64,000 nt of DNA from the NCBI GenBank assembly GCA_002381865.1, contig DFYO01000019.1, positions 76,202-140,201 of the forward strand, given 5' to 3'. Positions 32,446 to 42,186 of this stretch are shown here, one piece after another. The notes under the pieces are model-generated. The model worked only from the letters and a program-made list of their open reading frames with translations. It was not told the DNA's origin and searched no databases. Source of the DNA: Clostridiales bacterium UBA4080. GTDB taxonomy: Bacteria > Bacillota > Clostridia > Lachnospirales > Vallitaleaceae. Each line of letters begins with the position of its first letter. The first letter of the stretch is position 1. Both the position numbers and the translations under genes were made by a program.

Positions 32446-32605
32446 ATTATCTCCTTTACAAATCATCAAAATCTTTTGATTAAATGTTACTCTTGGTTTT
32501 ATATATAGTCAGCAGCCTCTAAAGTGCTGCAAATTTCTAATTTATATGCTCTAATTTTAACTTTATCAATAAAAAGCTTTTTCTGCCATGTCTTTACGGT
32601 GTTCT

Positions 32606-33532
32606 TTAGTTGTTTTTTCTTACCTCATCTAATAGCTTTAACACCGCCATTCTGACTGCAAGACCATTTTTAACCTGTATATTTATTACTGATTGTCTTC
32701 CGTCAATTACCTCTGAAGTTAGCTCAACACCTCTGTTTACAGGGCCTGGATGCATTAATAATGCATCTGGCTTTGCAAGTGCCAGAATTTCCTCGTCCAC
32801 TCCAAAAAGCTGTGAATATTCTCTCAAATCAGGAAACAATCCGCCTTTTTGTCTTTCCAGCTGTACCCTAAGGCCCATAACAACATCTGCATCCTTTACT
32901 GCTTCTCGAACATTATTGGTTACTTCTGCTCCAATAATCTTCATTCCAGAAGATACTAAGGTTGATGGTCCTGAAAGCACAACCTTTGCTCCAAGCTTGG
33001 TAAGCCCGAAAACATTACTTCTGGCTACACGGCTATGCGTTATATCTCCAATAATTGCAACCTTTAAGCCTTCGAAGCTTTTTTTGCTTTCCATAATCGT
33101 AAAAAGATCTAATAAGGCTTGAGTAGGATGCTCATTTACTCCATCACCTCCACTTATTACAGAGGCATTAACATTTTTTGCCAATACATGAGGTGCTCCT
33201 GTCATAGAGTGTCTCATAATAATTACATCTGTTCCAAGCTGATCAAGAGTTACTCCCGTATCAATTAAGCTTTCTCCCTTTGAAACACTGCTAGTGCTTA
33301 CACCAAGATCTGTTACAGTTGCTCCAAGATATTTTCCTGCCAGTGCAAAAGACATTTTTGTTCTTGTAGAATTTTCGTAAAACAAGGTTACTATACTATT
33401 ATCTGCAAGTTCTTTTTTGCTCAAGCTCTTACAATCAATTATAGGCTTCATATCTTTAGCTAATTCCAGTATTTCGATGATTTCTTCCTTTGACAAATCC
33501 TTAAGTCCTAATAAATCCTTACTTTTTAGCAT
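32606..33532 (-). CDS. pyrB: aspartate carbamoyltransferase catalytic subunit
   Basis: FYENSTRTKMSF, HPTQALLD, HPGPVNRG. Confidence 0.95.
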   Translation of the reverse strand: MLKSKDLLGLKDLSKEEIIEILELAKDMKPIIDCKSLSKKELADNSIVTLFYENSTRTKMSFALAGKYLGATVTDLGVSTSSVSKGESLIDTGVTLDQLGTDVIIMRHSMTGAPHVLAKNVNASVISGGDGVNEHPTQALLDLFTIMESKKSFEGLKVAIIGDITHSRVARSNVFGLTKLGAKVVLSGPSTLVSSGMKIIGAEVTNNVREAVKDADVVMGLRVQLERQKGGLFPDLREYSQLFGVDEEILALAKPDALLMHPGPVNRGVELTSEVIDGRQSVINIQVKNGLAVRMAVLKLLDEVRKNN

Positions 33533-33550
33533 CTCTTAGCCTCCTGTTCT

Positions 33551-33710
33551 AAAAAAAAAGCAACAAATACATTAACTAAAAATAATAGTTAAAGTATTTA
33601 TTGCCTTTTTGTCTTTACTGTTTATAGAAATTTTTTTATGATGATATATCGTATCCTTGCTTATCATTTTTCATATCCTCCCTTGCTGGTATCTCTGTAC
33701 CAAATTAAAG
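33551..33710 (-). promoter_or_regulatory. PyrR-type transcription attenuator in the pyrB leader
   Basis: The minus-strand RNA contains CUUUAAUUUGGUACAGAGAUACCAGCAAGGGAGG, which resembles the PyrR binding loop. Downstream is a GCAAUAAAUAC...GUAUUUGUUGC stem followed by U9. Confidence 0.6.
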
Positions 33711-33858
33711 GTAGTTCTGATTTATGGTATCTATTATCTGCTTAAAAACCCCAGATATTCTTGTGCTCAAATTGTAATGATTTTAACATATAAACACCTT
33801 TAGTGTCAAACAAAATACCATCTAAAATTAATCTAAATATTTGATGTTTATTTATGAA

Positions 33859-34287
33859 CTATGCCAATTGTTTTTTTTGAAGTAAATTATTAAAGGTTGC
33901 TACCAATACAATTGCAGCTGCTATGCCACCTGCAATTTGAAGCGTTTCAAAAAGATATTTCATTGAAAGTGAATAATCCTCATTTACAATATAATATAAT
34001 GTTTTATACATTCCAGCTCCAGGCACAATAGGAAACATTCCTGCAATCTGATATATTGTCACTGGGTTTTTTCTTATTTTTGCAAGTATATGAGCTGTTG
34101 TGCTAATTGCAATAGCTGCAAAAAAATTCGAATAAATTATCTCATCCAAATATGTGCTAGAAATAATATAGACCAGCCATCCAATGCATCCCGTCAAGCC
34201 CGAAAAAACAATCTCTTTTTTTGACACGTTTATATAAATGGCAAAGCACATAGTAGTAACATAGGCAGCAAGAATTTTAATTATCAT
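33859..34287 (-). CDS. threonine/serine exporter family protein (small subunit, DUF3815-like)
   Basis: 142 aa, 4-5 TM helices. Overlaps the upstream partner by 4 nt. Confidence 0.75.
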   Translation of the reverse strand: MIIKILAAYVTTMCFAIYINVSKKEIVFSGLTGCIGWLVYIISSTYLDEIIYSNFFAAIAISTTAHILAKIRKNPVTIYQIAGMFPIVPGAGMYKTLYYIVNEDYSLSMKYLFETLQIAGGIAAAIVLVATFNNLLQKKQLA

Positions 34288-35060
34288 ATTTGAATTCCTC
34301 CTATGAAGTAATAAAATATTTTCAAAATACTGCCGACCCCTATCGCCACTGATGCTGCTACTATAAAAGCATCCGCTCCTCTGGATATTCCAGAAACGAA
34401 GTCTCCCTCAATAATATCTCTGATTGCATTTGTTATGGCAACCCCGGGAACCAAAGGCATTATGCTTCCAATCACGATATAGTCAAAATTTGTCCCTATC
34501 TTTAAGAAATGATAAAAAAACAGAGCTAGCGATCCAATAATAGCTCCACACAATATATCCTCAAAAAACTTTGAGGTTTCAAATCTGTCAAAAAACACCT
34601 GTACTAATGCAAAAGCTAAGCCAATTAGCAATGTAACTGTTGAATCTGTAAGACTTCCTCCTAGAAGCATCGTAAATGCTCCTCCTCCTATTCCTTTCGC
34701 AAATACCATAACGGTATTTGAATAGGGTTTTTGCTCTTTAATCCTTTCCAACTCTTCCAAAGCATTCTCAAGCTTAATTCGCCCTTCACAAAATCTTCTA
34801 GATAAATCATTTGCTTGTGCAATTTTATGAAGATGAGCTTCTCTTTTATGAACTCTTTTAATTATACTTATTATTTCAATGGATGGGTCATCTAAGGTAG
34901 CAAAGATACCCGTTGGAGTTACAAAGGATTCTACCGTTTCAAATTCAGAGGTTGCTAGAATTCTGTTAATTGTATCTTCAACTCTAGAGGTTTCTGCTCC
35001 ACTCTTAAGCATTATTTCACCTGTTTGTATTGCATATTTCAATAAATTCTTGTAATCCAT
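34284..35060 (-). CDS. threonine/serine exporter family protein (ThrE/DUF1212-like)
   Basis: GAETSRVEDTINRI motif and a C-terminal TM bundle. Confidence 0.75.
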   Translation of the reverse strand: MDYKNLLKYAIQTGEIMLKSGAETSRVEDTINRILATSEFETVESFVTPTGIFATLDDPSIEIISIIKRVHKREAHLHKIAQANDLSRRFCEGRIKLENALEELERIKEQKPYSNTVMVFAKGIGGGAFTMLLGGSLTDSTVTLLIGLAFALVQVFFDRFETSKFFEDILCGAIIGSLALFFYHFLKIGTNFDYIVIGSIMPLVPGVAITNAIRDIIEGDFVSGISRGADAFIVAASVAIGVGSILKIFYYFIGGIQI

Positions 35061-36244
35061 TATAATATAATTTCCTCCGCTACACTCGGTGTATCACTTG
35101 ATAACTGAAATTTTTTATTTATTAAAGCAAAAATACTCATTATTGCTAGTGAAGCAAAGACTGTTACCATTATTCCTTTTACTCCCGTTTTTTCAGCTGC
35201 TATTCCGCTTACATAAGGAATAAAAACAGAACCAAGTGAACCAGCTGAACCCAGTAACGCTCCTGATAAAGCTGAGCCCCTTATGATTGGATTCGCATTT
35301 GCAACAGTTATCGGATATACTCCCGAAAACATAAGTCCCATTACAATAATAATTGTAATAATCAATTCCTGATATGAGGCGGTAACAAAAAACAGCATCA
35401 TCACCGCAGCCCCAATGCTAGATACAAGCAAAATTGTCTCTTTTAGAACCTTCCTGCTAATAAGACTGTTCAGATATCTTCCAAACATCATAACAACCCA
35501 AAACAAGGATAACATTTGCTGTGAAAATTCTTCTGATAGCTTTACTCCCTCTGTGAGATATGTAACTACCCATCCATTAAAAGCATTTTCTGCTCCCACA
35601 TAAAAAAACAATATCGCCATAAATATATAGAGCCTAATATTCCCAAACGCTTTTCTAGTAATAATTCTTTGATCATCAGGATGCTTATCGTTTTTGGGTA
35701 TTTCCATTTTAATAGTTATAAAAATTGCAATTATTTCTAAAATTGCCATTATAATTAAAACTGATTTCCACCTAAAGCCCCACATCAGCATTTTACTTGA
35801 AATAGCAGGTATTAATAATGCACCAATTCCAAAACACATATGTAGCAAACTCATTATCTTGCCATCACCATGAACAAAGTCATTTACTACAATATTAACA
35901 CTGGTACTTCCTGCTCCAAGTCCTGCTCCAATTAGAAACGTGCCAAGATATAATAACAGAGAACTAGTACTCAAGTAAATAGTAAAAATTCCCATCAAAA
36001 AACAAATATGTGCAAATATAAGCACTTTTTTCATTCCCAGCAAATCTCCTAAAACACCACATAAAAAGCTGAAGGTCAGGCTGCCCGCTGCAAATGTAGA
36101 AAGAATAAGTCCTCCCTGTTCGAAGCTCAGCCCATAATCAAGTCTTATATTGTTCATACTAGTACCAAAAAACAAAGTGAGCATTCCCATTATAATAAAT
36201 GAGTAAAAATTACCCCACAAAATAACATTGTTATTAATCTTCAA
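35060..36244 (-). CDS. MFS transporter
   Basis: 394 aa, about 12 TM helices. TTG start. Confidence 0.8.
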   Translation of the reverse strand: MKINNNVILWGNFYSFIIMGMLTLFFGTSMNNIRLDYGLSFEQGGLILSTFAAGSLTFSFLCGVLGDLLGMKKVLIFAHICFLMGIFTIYLSTSSLLLYLGTFLIGAGLGAGSTSVNIVVNDFVHGDGKIMSLLHMCFGIGALLIPAISSKMLMWGFRWKSVLIIMAILEIIAIFITIKMEIPKNDKHPDDQRIITRKAFGNIRLYIFMAILFFYVGAENAFNGWVVTYLTEGVKLSEEFSQQMLSLFWVVMMFGRYLNSLISRKVLKETILLVSSIGAAVMMLFFVTASYQELIITIIIVMGLMFSGVYPITVANANPIIRGSALSGALLGSAGSLGSVFIPYVSGIAAEKTGVKGIMVTVFASLAIMSIFALINKKFQLSSDTPSVAEEIIL

Positions 36245-36453
36245 TATAAATTCCTTCCTTCTAATAAATATATATTAAGTTAAACTAATATCTATTTTCC
36301 ATGCCCAATAATTATATCATAATTATTGCTATTCGTCTTAGGCATATTTATTGCAATTAGCTAATTTGTTTTATATAATGTAATAGTTCTTTTATTGCTG
36401 TTTTGAAGATTCTTATTAATGTAACACAATTAAGATTGTATAAGGAGTTTCTT

Positions 36454-36645
36454 ATGAGCGAACAATTACCAAAAGATCCATATATTCTGCTTAGTACTAT
36501 CAATATGAAGCTGCGTAATCATTTTTCTTCTCCGCAAAGGTTATGTGCATATTATCATATTGAATTGAATGATTTAGATATAGCTATGCAACAAATAGGC
36601 TATTTCTATGATAAGGAACAAAACCAATATCGAATACTTGATTAG
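36454..36645 (+). CDS. DUF4250-like small protein
   Basis: MSEQLPKDPYILLSTINMKLRN... Start at the ATG at 36454, after AAGGAG. Confidence 0.55.
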   Translation: MSEQLPKDPYILLSTINMKLRNHFSSPQRLCAYYHIELNDLDIAMQQIGYFYDKEQNQYRILD

Positions 36646-36786
36646 CTTTAAACTTTAAAAAACTTACCCTTGTAAAATTTAGGGTGCTTCATTAATATCT
36701 TTAATTAAAGCAAAACAATAGATGTTTTATTCAAATTATTGACAATATTACTAAAATTTAGTTTAATAACTATGTAGCTAAAATAT

Positions 36787-36859
36787 ACAGGAGTGGCTCA
36801 GTTGGTAGAGTACTAGACTGGGGGTCTAGGGGTCGCGGGTTCGAGTCCCGTCTCTTGTG
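36787..36859 (+). tRNA. tRNA-Pro(GGG)-like gene with atypical acceptor end; no encoded CCA
   Basis: Manual cloverleaf: acceptor ACAGGAG/CTCTTGT, D arm GCTC-AGTTGGTA-GAGT, anticodon arm CTAGA-CTGGGGG-TCTAG, variable loop GGGTC, T arm GCGGG-TTCGAGT-CCCGT, discriminator G. Confidence 0.8.
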
Positions 36860-37016
36860 TCCTTAATTACAAACACTTTAGGTGTTTATAATTATAAAAC
36901 AATTTCACTCAAACAAGAAATTACTTAAAAATTGTCCCCCCAAAACCAATTTATAAAGGCAGCATTAAAAACGTCTGCCTTTAATATTTCATAAAGATAA
37001 CCTTAGGAGAGTAGAT

Positions 37017-38090
37017 ATGTCATCAAATGTTACCCCTGTAAATAACTCTAGAAAAAACAGCCTTTTATCCATTGACTTTATGCGTTCAATTTGTTGTATA
37101 CTTGTTGTAATAATTCATGTTACTGCAGCCTTTTGGTATGTGTTTGAGCAAGGCAGCCTTCAATTCAAGACAATAATTTTTTTAAACACCTTATCCAAAT
37201 TTGCAGTACCTGCCTTTATTTTTATTAGTGGCTTTGTACTTTATTATGTTTATTCTTCAAGGGATTTACATTTAATCGATTTTTATAAAAAAAGAATGTT
37301 CAAGGTTATTATTCCATATATAATCTGGAGCACAATATATATTCTAGTAAATTATGCAGCTGTCGGTCAGCCTATTAATCTTAAAAGTCTTACATATTAT
37401 TTTTTTCTTGGCAAGGCTAACTATCATCTTTATTATATAAGCTTAATTTTACAGTTTTACATACTTTTTCCAATTCTCTTGAAAATATACCAGCGTTTTT
37501 CAAACCCAATTATTCCAGTAGGACTATTTACATTACTTAACTTCACTTTTATAAGTTATGTTAAGATAAATTTCAGTGACCGTATTTTTATTTATTATCT
37601 TATGTTCTTTATTCTAGGCTTCCTGCTAGCCGACTTTAAAAAGAAGGAAATAAAACCATCATTATATTTTTTAACTCTTATTACGCTTATCTACTCAATG
37701 GTTGCCACATACTATTTACTTGATACCTATAAGGTTTTAATTAATGCTGATTTAATCTCCAGATATCTTTACAAGCATAGCTGGTGGTACTTTAGTATTG
37801 TATCTATACTTTTTTTATACAGCATTTCAAGCTTTTCCGAAAAAAAGCTTCCAGCTCTGATTAATAATTCTTTTATTACTTCAATCGGAAAACACTCTTT
37901 TACTATATATCTTTGTCATCCTTTAATTATGAAGATATTGCATTTCCTTACTCCTTATAAAAATTTATTAAAAACAAACCCCAGCATCTTAATCATACTG
38001 GAGTTTATAATTGTATTATTATTCTCTTGGCTTTTAAGCTATTTATTATCAGAGCTTAAAGTTCGTCTTAAAGCTTCAAAAATCAACTAG
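37017..38090 (+). CDS. acyltransferase family 3 membrane protein
   Basis: 357 aa, about 10 TM helices. N-terminal motif LLSIDFMRSICCILVVIIHV. Confidence 0.8.
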   Translation: MSSNVTPVNNSRKNSLLSIDFMRSICCILVVIIHVTAAFWYVFEQGSLQFKTIIFLNTLSKFAVPAFIFISGFVLYYVYSSRDLHLIDFYKKRMFKVIIPYIIWSTIYILVNYAAVGQPINLKSLTYYFFLGKANYHLYYISLILQFYILFPILLKIYQRFSNPIIPVGLFTLLNFTFISYVKINFSDRIFIYYLMFFILGFLLADFKKKEIKPSLYFLTLITLIYSMVATYYLLDTYKVLINADLISRYLYKHSWWYFSIVSILFLYSISSFSEKKLPALINNSFITSIGKHSFTIYLCHPLIMKILHFLTPYKNLLKTNPSILIILEFIIVLLFSWLLSYLLSELKVRLKASKIN

Positions 38091-38098
38091 CGAGCTAA

Positions 38099-38875
38099 TT
38101 ACTGCTCTAGCTTTTCAGCTAGAGTCTCTAACCAATCACCCTTAAACAATTCTATAATACCATTGTCGCATACCTTTGAAAGCCCTTCTGCAATAGGTAT
38201 TCTTGCTAAAACCTCAAGTTCTTGTTCTTTAGCATAGCTTTCAAGCTTTGATTCTCCAAAAACGGGAAACTCTGTTTCACAATTTGAGCATTTATAATAT
38301 GACATATTTTCAACTATTCCAATTATTGGTACATTCATTAGCTTAGCCATTTTAACAGCTTTTGTTACTACACTTGAAACCAATTCCTGCGGTGTTGTTA
38401 CTATTATGATGCCATCTAGCTTGATAGATTGAAATGTTGTCAAGGCTACATCTCCAGTCCCTGGCGGCATATCAATAAACATATAATCAATATTGCCCCA
38501 GATAACCTCCTGCCAGTATTTTTTCACCATATCTCCTAAAAGAGGCCCTCTCCAAATTACAGGATCTGTTTCATCCTCCAGCATTAAGTTTACCGACATT
38601 ATAGAAATACCGGATTTGCTTTTTACTGGATATATACCAAATTCGCTTTGATGAGCTTTTTCAGTTAATCCAAAGCTTTTTGGGATTGATGGTCCTGTAA
38701 TATCTGCATCAATAATTCCCACCTTATGATTTCTTCTTTCCATCGACACGGCAAGCATTGAGGTTACAATTGACTTTCCAACCCCACCCTTTCCGCTAAC
38801 AATTCCTATAGTTTTTTTAATATTGCTTAGCTCGTGAGGTTCAACAATTAAGCTTTGTTTTTCTTGTGTACTCAT
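38099..38875 (-). CDS. Mrp/NBP35 family ATP-binding protein
   Basis: Deviant Walker A SGKGGVGKS. CxxC motif (KCSNCE). Confidence 0.88.
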   Translation of the reverse strand: MSTQEKQSLIVEPHELSNIKKTIGIVSGKGGVGKSIVTSMLAVSMERRNHKVGIIDADITGPSIPKSFGLTEKAHQSEFGIYPVKSKSGISIMSVNLMLEDETDPVIWRGPLLGDMVKKYWQEVIWGNIDYMFIDMPPGTGDVALTTFQSIKLDGIIIVTTPQELVSSVVTKAVKMAKLMNVPIIGIVENMSYYKCSNCETEFPVFGESKLESYAKEQELEVLARIPIAEGLSKVCDNGIIELFKGDWLETLAEKLEQ

Positions 38876-38993
38876 TTTGTATTTCTCCTTATAATTATAT
38901 ACATCTTTCCTACAATATAGACTTGGAAAGATTATTTAGCCTTCCTTTTTAAAAATCCAAACTTGTCCATACTAATACAATAAAGGATTACGA

Positions 38994-39842
38994 TTATAGC
39001 ATAGCCTTAGTATTAGTACTAGTATCCAACATCTCACCGGTTCTAATATAAGCTATTTTATTGCCCATACTATTTTTTAGCTCTTCATAAGCTTCTTCTC
39101 CGGTACAATGACAAGTATAATACATTGTATTGTTTTTGGAAAGTGCCTCACTCAATAATTTTAAATGCTCTTTTGATTCAGACTTGTTATTAGCTCTGCT
39201 ATGAAGATGAAAGCCGCCAATCACTAAATCTAATTCTCTTCCTATAATTGATTTTGCTTTATTAATAATATTCACAATGCCATTATGTGCACATCCCGCT
39301 ATTAATATAGCCTTTTCCTTTTCAAGAATTATAAGACTAATTTCATGTGAAAAAGCATCATTTTCAAATTCATTATCCTTCATAGTATATAAATCATCAT
39401 TGCCTCTTGGAAATAAGTATTTTTCATCTGCTCCCACAAAAATTATTAGACCTTCCTTTATATGGGAAGTATCTTCTATAAATACAAATTGCGGATTATT
39501 TTCCATATTTTTATCTAAACCAATATAGGCCTTTTCATCGTCTTCTCTGTTTGAATAATAATCTCCAAAGGCATTTTTGTGTATATAAACGCTAGCCTTT
39601 GAATTAATGCTGAAAAAGGTTTTCAATCCTCCTCCATGATCATAATGTCCGTGAGAAATAATAGCCCTATCTGCTTTTTCAATGCTAACATCCATTTTTT
39701 TTGCATTTTCTGCAAATAAACCGCTTTGTCCTGTATCAAATAATATATTACCACTTTCGCTTTCTATATATAAGCTTAACCCATGCTCTGTTTTATAATT
39801 TTCTTTACACGCTGTATTTTCTACTAGACATTTTATTATCAT
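38994..39842 (-). CDS. MBL-fold metallo-hydrolase
   Basis: ISHGHYDHGGG metal motif. Start at MIIKCLV (39842) after AGGAGGGA. Confidence 0.8.
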   Translation of the reverse strand: MIIKCLVENTACKENYKTEHGLSLYIESESGNILFDTGQSGLFAENAKKMDVSIEKADRAIISHGHYDHGGGLKTFFSINSKASVYIHKNAFGDYYSNREDDEKAYIGLDKNMENNPQFVFIEDTSHIKEGLIIFVGADEKYLFPRGNDDLYTMKDNEFENDAFSHEISLIILEKEKAILIAGCAHNGIVNIINKAKSIIGRELDLVIGGFHLHSRANNKSESKEHLKLLSEALSKNNTMYYTCHCTGEEAYEELKNSMGNKIAYIRTGEMLDTSTNTKAML

Positions 39843-39859
39843 TATGTCCCTCCTAATAA

Positions 39860-40744
39860 TTATCTCAAAGGCTTTTTCCCTTCCATACATACACTATGAA
39901 AAATCGTTCCCTTTGTTATATCAGCAATTACTGAACATTTTATTAAAAACAGAAAAAATAATCCATTCTTCTCTTGATTACGCAAACCTTCAAAATTCCC
40001 TTGTCCTTTTGCAATTACTGTATCTGCTTCATCAAAGCATTTCTGAAATTCTTCAGAGGTTCTTTCCAATATTGTTCCTGGAATACCACTTCCCGAGCTT
40101 ATAATTTCTGATATTTCTTCTAGCTTAATCTGAAAAGCATCTTCTTCAGTGATATCATTCACTATATGCTTACCCCTTACGCCAAAGGTAATTTCAATGT
40201 CAGGAAAATCTTTTTTTATTTGTTCAATAAAAAGTCTATCTAGTACAATTTCGCCACAATTATCCCCTATATACAGAAGCTTTTTTGACCTTTTCAAGCT
40301 TGCATACAATTTTTCAGAATGATCAATGCAAAACTCTCCTTTATTTTCAAAATCTTCAATATCAGATAGCACTTCTGCTCTATTAAAGGAATGGCTTGCT
40401 GCAAAATCAATCTTATTTCCAGCTGCTGCAAGCTTAAGCGCCAAATAAAAGGCGTCTTTTCGTTTATCCAGCTTTTCCTTTAAAACAGGATATAAGCTCA
40501 TTAATTCGCTATTGTAAAACTCTTTGATTTTTTTATAGGGATTGCTTTCATTATAAGCCTCTGTAATTATTTTATAGGTTGTCTGCATTAATTCAGGCTC
40601 TGATTGAGAATAGCTTTCCTTTGACAAGGCTGACAAAACCTCTCTTAATGCTTTTTCCTGTCTTTCCTCTGAAGCTCCAATTAATTCTCCTATTTTTTCA
40701 ACCTGAGCAATATTGCATCCCAAGCATTTAATATTTATTATCAT
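39860..40744 (-). CDS. DUF89 / ARMT1-like damage-control phosphatase family protein
   Basis: LLYIGDNCGEIVLD and KGQGNFEGL motifs, as I recall for DUF89. Confidence 0.7.
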   Translation of the reverse strand: MIINIKCLGCNIAQVEKIGELIGASEERQEKALREVLSALSKESYSQSEPELMQTTYKIITEAYNESNPYKKIKEFYNSELMSLYPVLKEKLDKRKDAFYLALKLAAAGNKIDFAASHSFNRAEVLSDIEDFENKGEFCIDHSEKLYASLKRSKKLLYIGDNCGEIVLDRLFIEQIKKDFPDIEITFGVRGKHIVNDITEEDAFQIKLEEISEIISSGSGIPGTILERTSEEFQKCFDEADTVIAKGQGNFEGLRNQEKNGLFFLFLIKCSVIADITKGTIFHSVCMEGKKPLR

Positions 40745-40881
40745 ATTGTCCTCTCTTAAAAATTCTTTTATTTTAGGTTGCTATTCTATATGTAATATAC
40801 CCTTTATAAAAAATTTTTTCAACGGCTTTTTTCATGTCTAGTTTTTTAATACTCTCATCTACATAATTTTTTGGCCACTAT

Positions 40882-41376
40882 TTACAAAAATGATATCTTT
40901 GAAAAATCGATTGTATTATCCTCGTTCATAATGTTCTCTTTTGCATGAACATATTCAATTTTACCAATAAACATTTCATGCGAACCTGTCTTTATTGAAT
41001 TTACAACCTTACATTCAATATTAACCGGACAATCTGACAGAATCGGAGCATTAACAGTTTTTCCCTCTTCTAATTTGACATTCATTTTCTCAAGCTTATT
41101 TCCATCTCGCTTACTATTACTGCCTAAATAATCAAAAACCTCTTTATAGTCCTTATCAACAAGATTTACAACAAATGTACCCGATTCCTTTATCATCTTA
41201 TAGGAATATCTAGACGGTACAATTCCAACCATAACCATAGGAGGATCGTAGCTACAATTCCCACAGTATCCAACCGCTAAAACATTATCCTCCCCCTCTA
41301 GACTTCTACAAGATACCAATACCTTTGCCACTGGCTGCAATGCAGATTTTTTTGCCGCTTCTTTCTTCAAACTCAT
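40882..41376 (-). CDS. flavin reductase family protein
   Basis: 164 aa, flavin-reductase-like beta-barrel motifs (DPPMVMVGI, GTFVVNL). Confidence 0.7.
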   Translation of the reverse strand: MSLKKEAAKKSALQPVAKVLVSCRSLEGEDNVLAVGYCGNCSYDPPMVMVGIVPSRYSYKMIKESGTFVVNLVDKDYKEVFDYLGSNSKRDGNKLEKMNVKLEEGKTVNAPILSDCPVNIECKVVNSIKTGSHEMFIGKIEYVHAKENIMNEDNTIDFSKISFL

Positions 41377-41452
41377 AATAATCCTCCAAGATATTTATAT
41401 TTTCAACAGCAAAAAGACAGGAAGCATCCCTGCCTATTTGCTTGCTATTGAT

Positions 41453-41788
41453 TTAATTATTACTAAGTGATTCAAGCTGTTTTTTAATAAATGAAAGCTG
41501 AGTTTCTAATAGTGCAGCTTGCTTTTCCAAGCCCTCTTTTTCATTCATCCATGGATTTTTTAAAGCATCGCCACTATAGCTATACTTGAAAAATCTGCCA
41601 AGGCCATTAAAGCAATTAAACCCTCTATTGCCTCGACCTCCAGCTAGTCTTCTTCCAGCTCCAAATCCGAGTCCTCTTCCGAAACCCAAGTTATTAGCTG
41701 TGCTTTCATTGCAAAAGCCTGCACCTCTTCCAGTCATAGCTCCCATTCCAAAAGGTCCTGTTTTATCTCCTCTAGGCACAAATATCAT
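41453..41788 (-). CDS. DUF5320-like protein
   Basis: PRGDKTGPFGMGAMTGRGAGFC N-terminus, Gly/Arg-rich middle, C-terminal coiled coil. Confidence 0.6.
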   Translation of the reverse strand: MIFVPRGDKTGPFGMGAMTGRGAGFCNESTANNLGFGRGLGFGAGRRLAGGRGNRGFNCFNGLGRFFKYSYSGDALKNPWMNEKEGLEKQAALLETQLSFIKKQLESLSNN

Positions 41789-41809
41789 CTCCTTTCATTC
41801 AAGAAATAA

Positions 41810-41863
41810 TTATTGACATATGTCTAATATAATACTACATCCATTTAGAACATATGTCAATAA
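41810..41863. promoter_or_regulatory. paired 14-bp operators flanking the promoter of the DUF5320 operon
   Basis: TTATTGACATATGT (41810..41823) and its exact reverse complement (41850..41863). On the minus strand, TTGACA-17 nt-TAGTAT sits between and over the arms. Confidence 0.55.
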
Positions 41864-41912
41864 TATTTTTTATTTTTTTATTTATCCTCCGAATAATATT
41901 GTAAAATACGTA

Positions 41913-41948
41913 AAAGAAGGAGCTATGCTTCTCGCTTAGCTCCTTCTT
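41913..41948 (-). terminator. hairpin terminator, exact copy of 44243..44278
   Basis: AAGAAGGAGCTA-loop-TAGCTCCTTCTT 12-bp stem followed by TTTTA on the minus strand. Confidence 0.7.
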
Positions 41949-42186
41949 AAAACAGCTTTAACTATCCCCATTCTTTTTTGCCTTGCACAAATATCTTATT
42001 CCTATTTCCGAAAGTAAAATCACGCAATGTTACTATGACAACTATCCTGCCCCCAGAGTTATTGATAGTCTATTAATGTTTTTTATCTTATACCTCAATA
42101 TATCACATTTAATCTTAAATATCTAAGTTCTTATTTCCCGTAAATCATAACACTATTTTACAAGGATTATTCCACACTGTCACAAA

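Noticed and set aside
32470-32605. Possible second PyrR site in the pyrB-pyrC spacer (GCAGCACUUUAGAGGCUGC on the minus strand)
   Set aside because: Only a partial resemblance (AGAGGCU), and no terminator with a U-run follows it.
32610-33122. 170-aa plus-strand ORF, plus many other 60-130-aa ORFs in the track (for example 5990..6478, 14988..15371, 32036..32392, 52517..52897, 63526..63927)
   Set aside because: All lie antisense to or inside strongly recognisable genes. Their translations are low-complexity (Ser/Phe/Ile/Leu-rich) with no SD or motif. They are typical shadow ORFs of AT-rich coding DNA.
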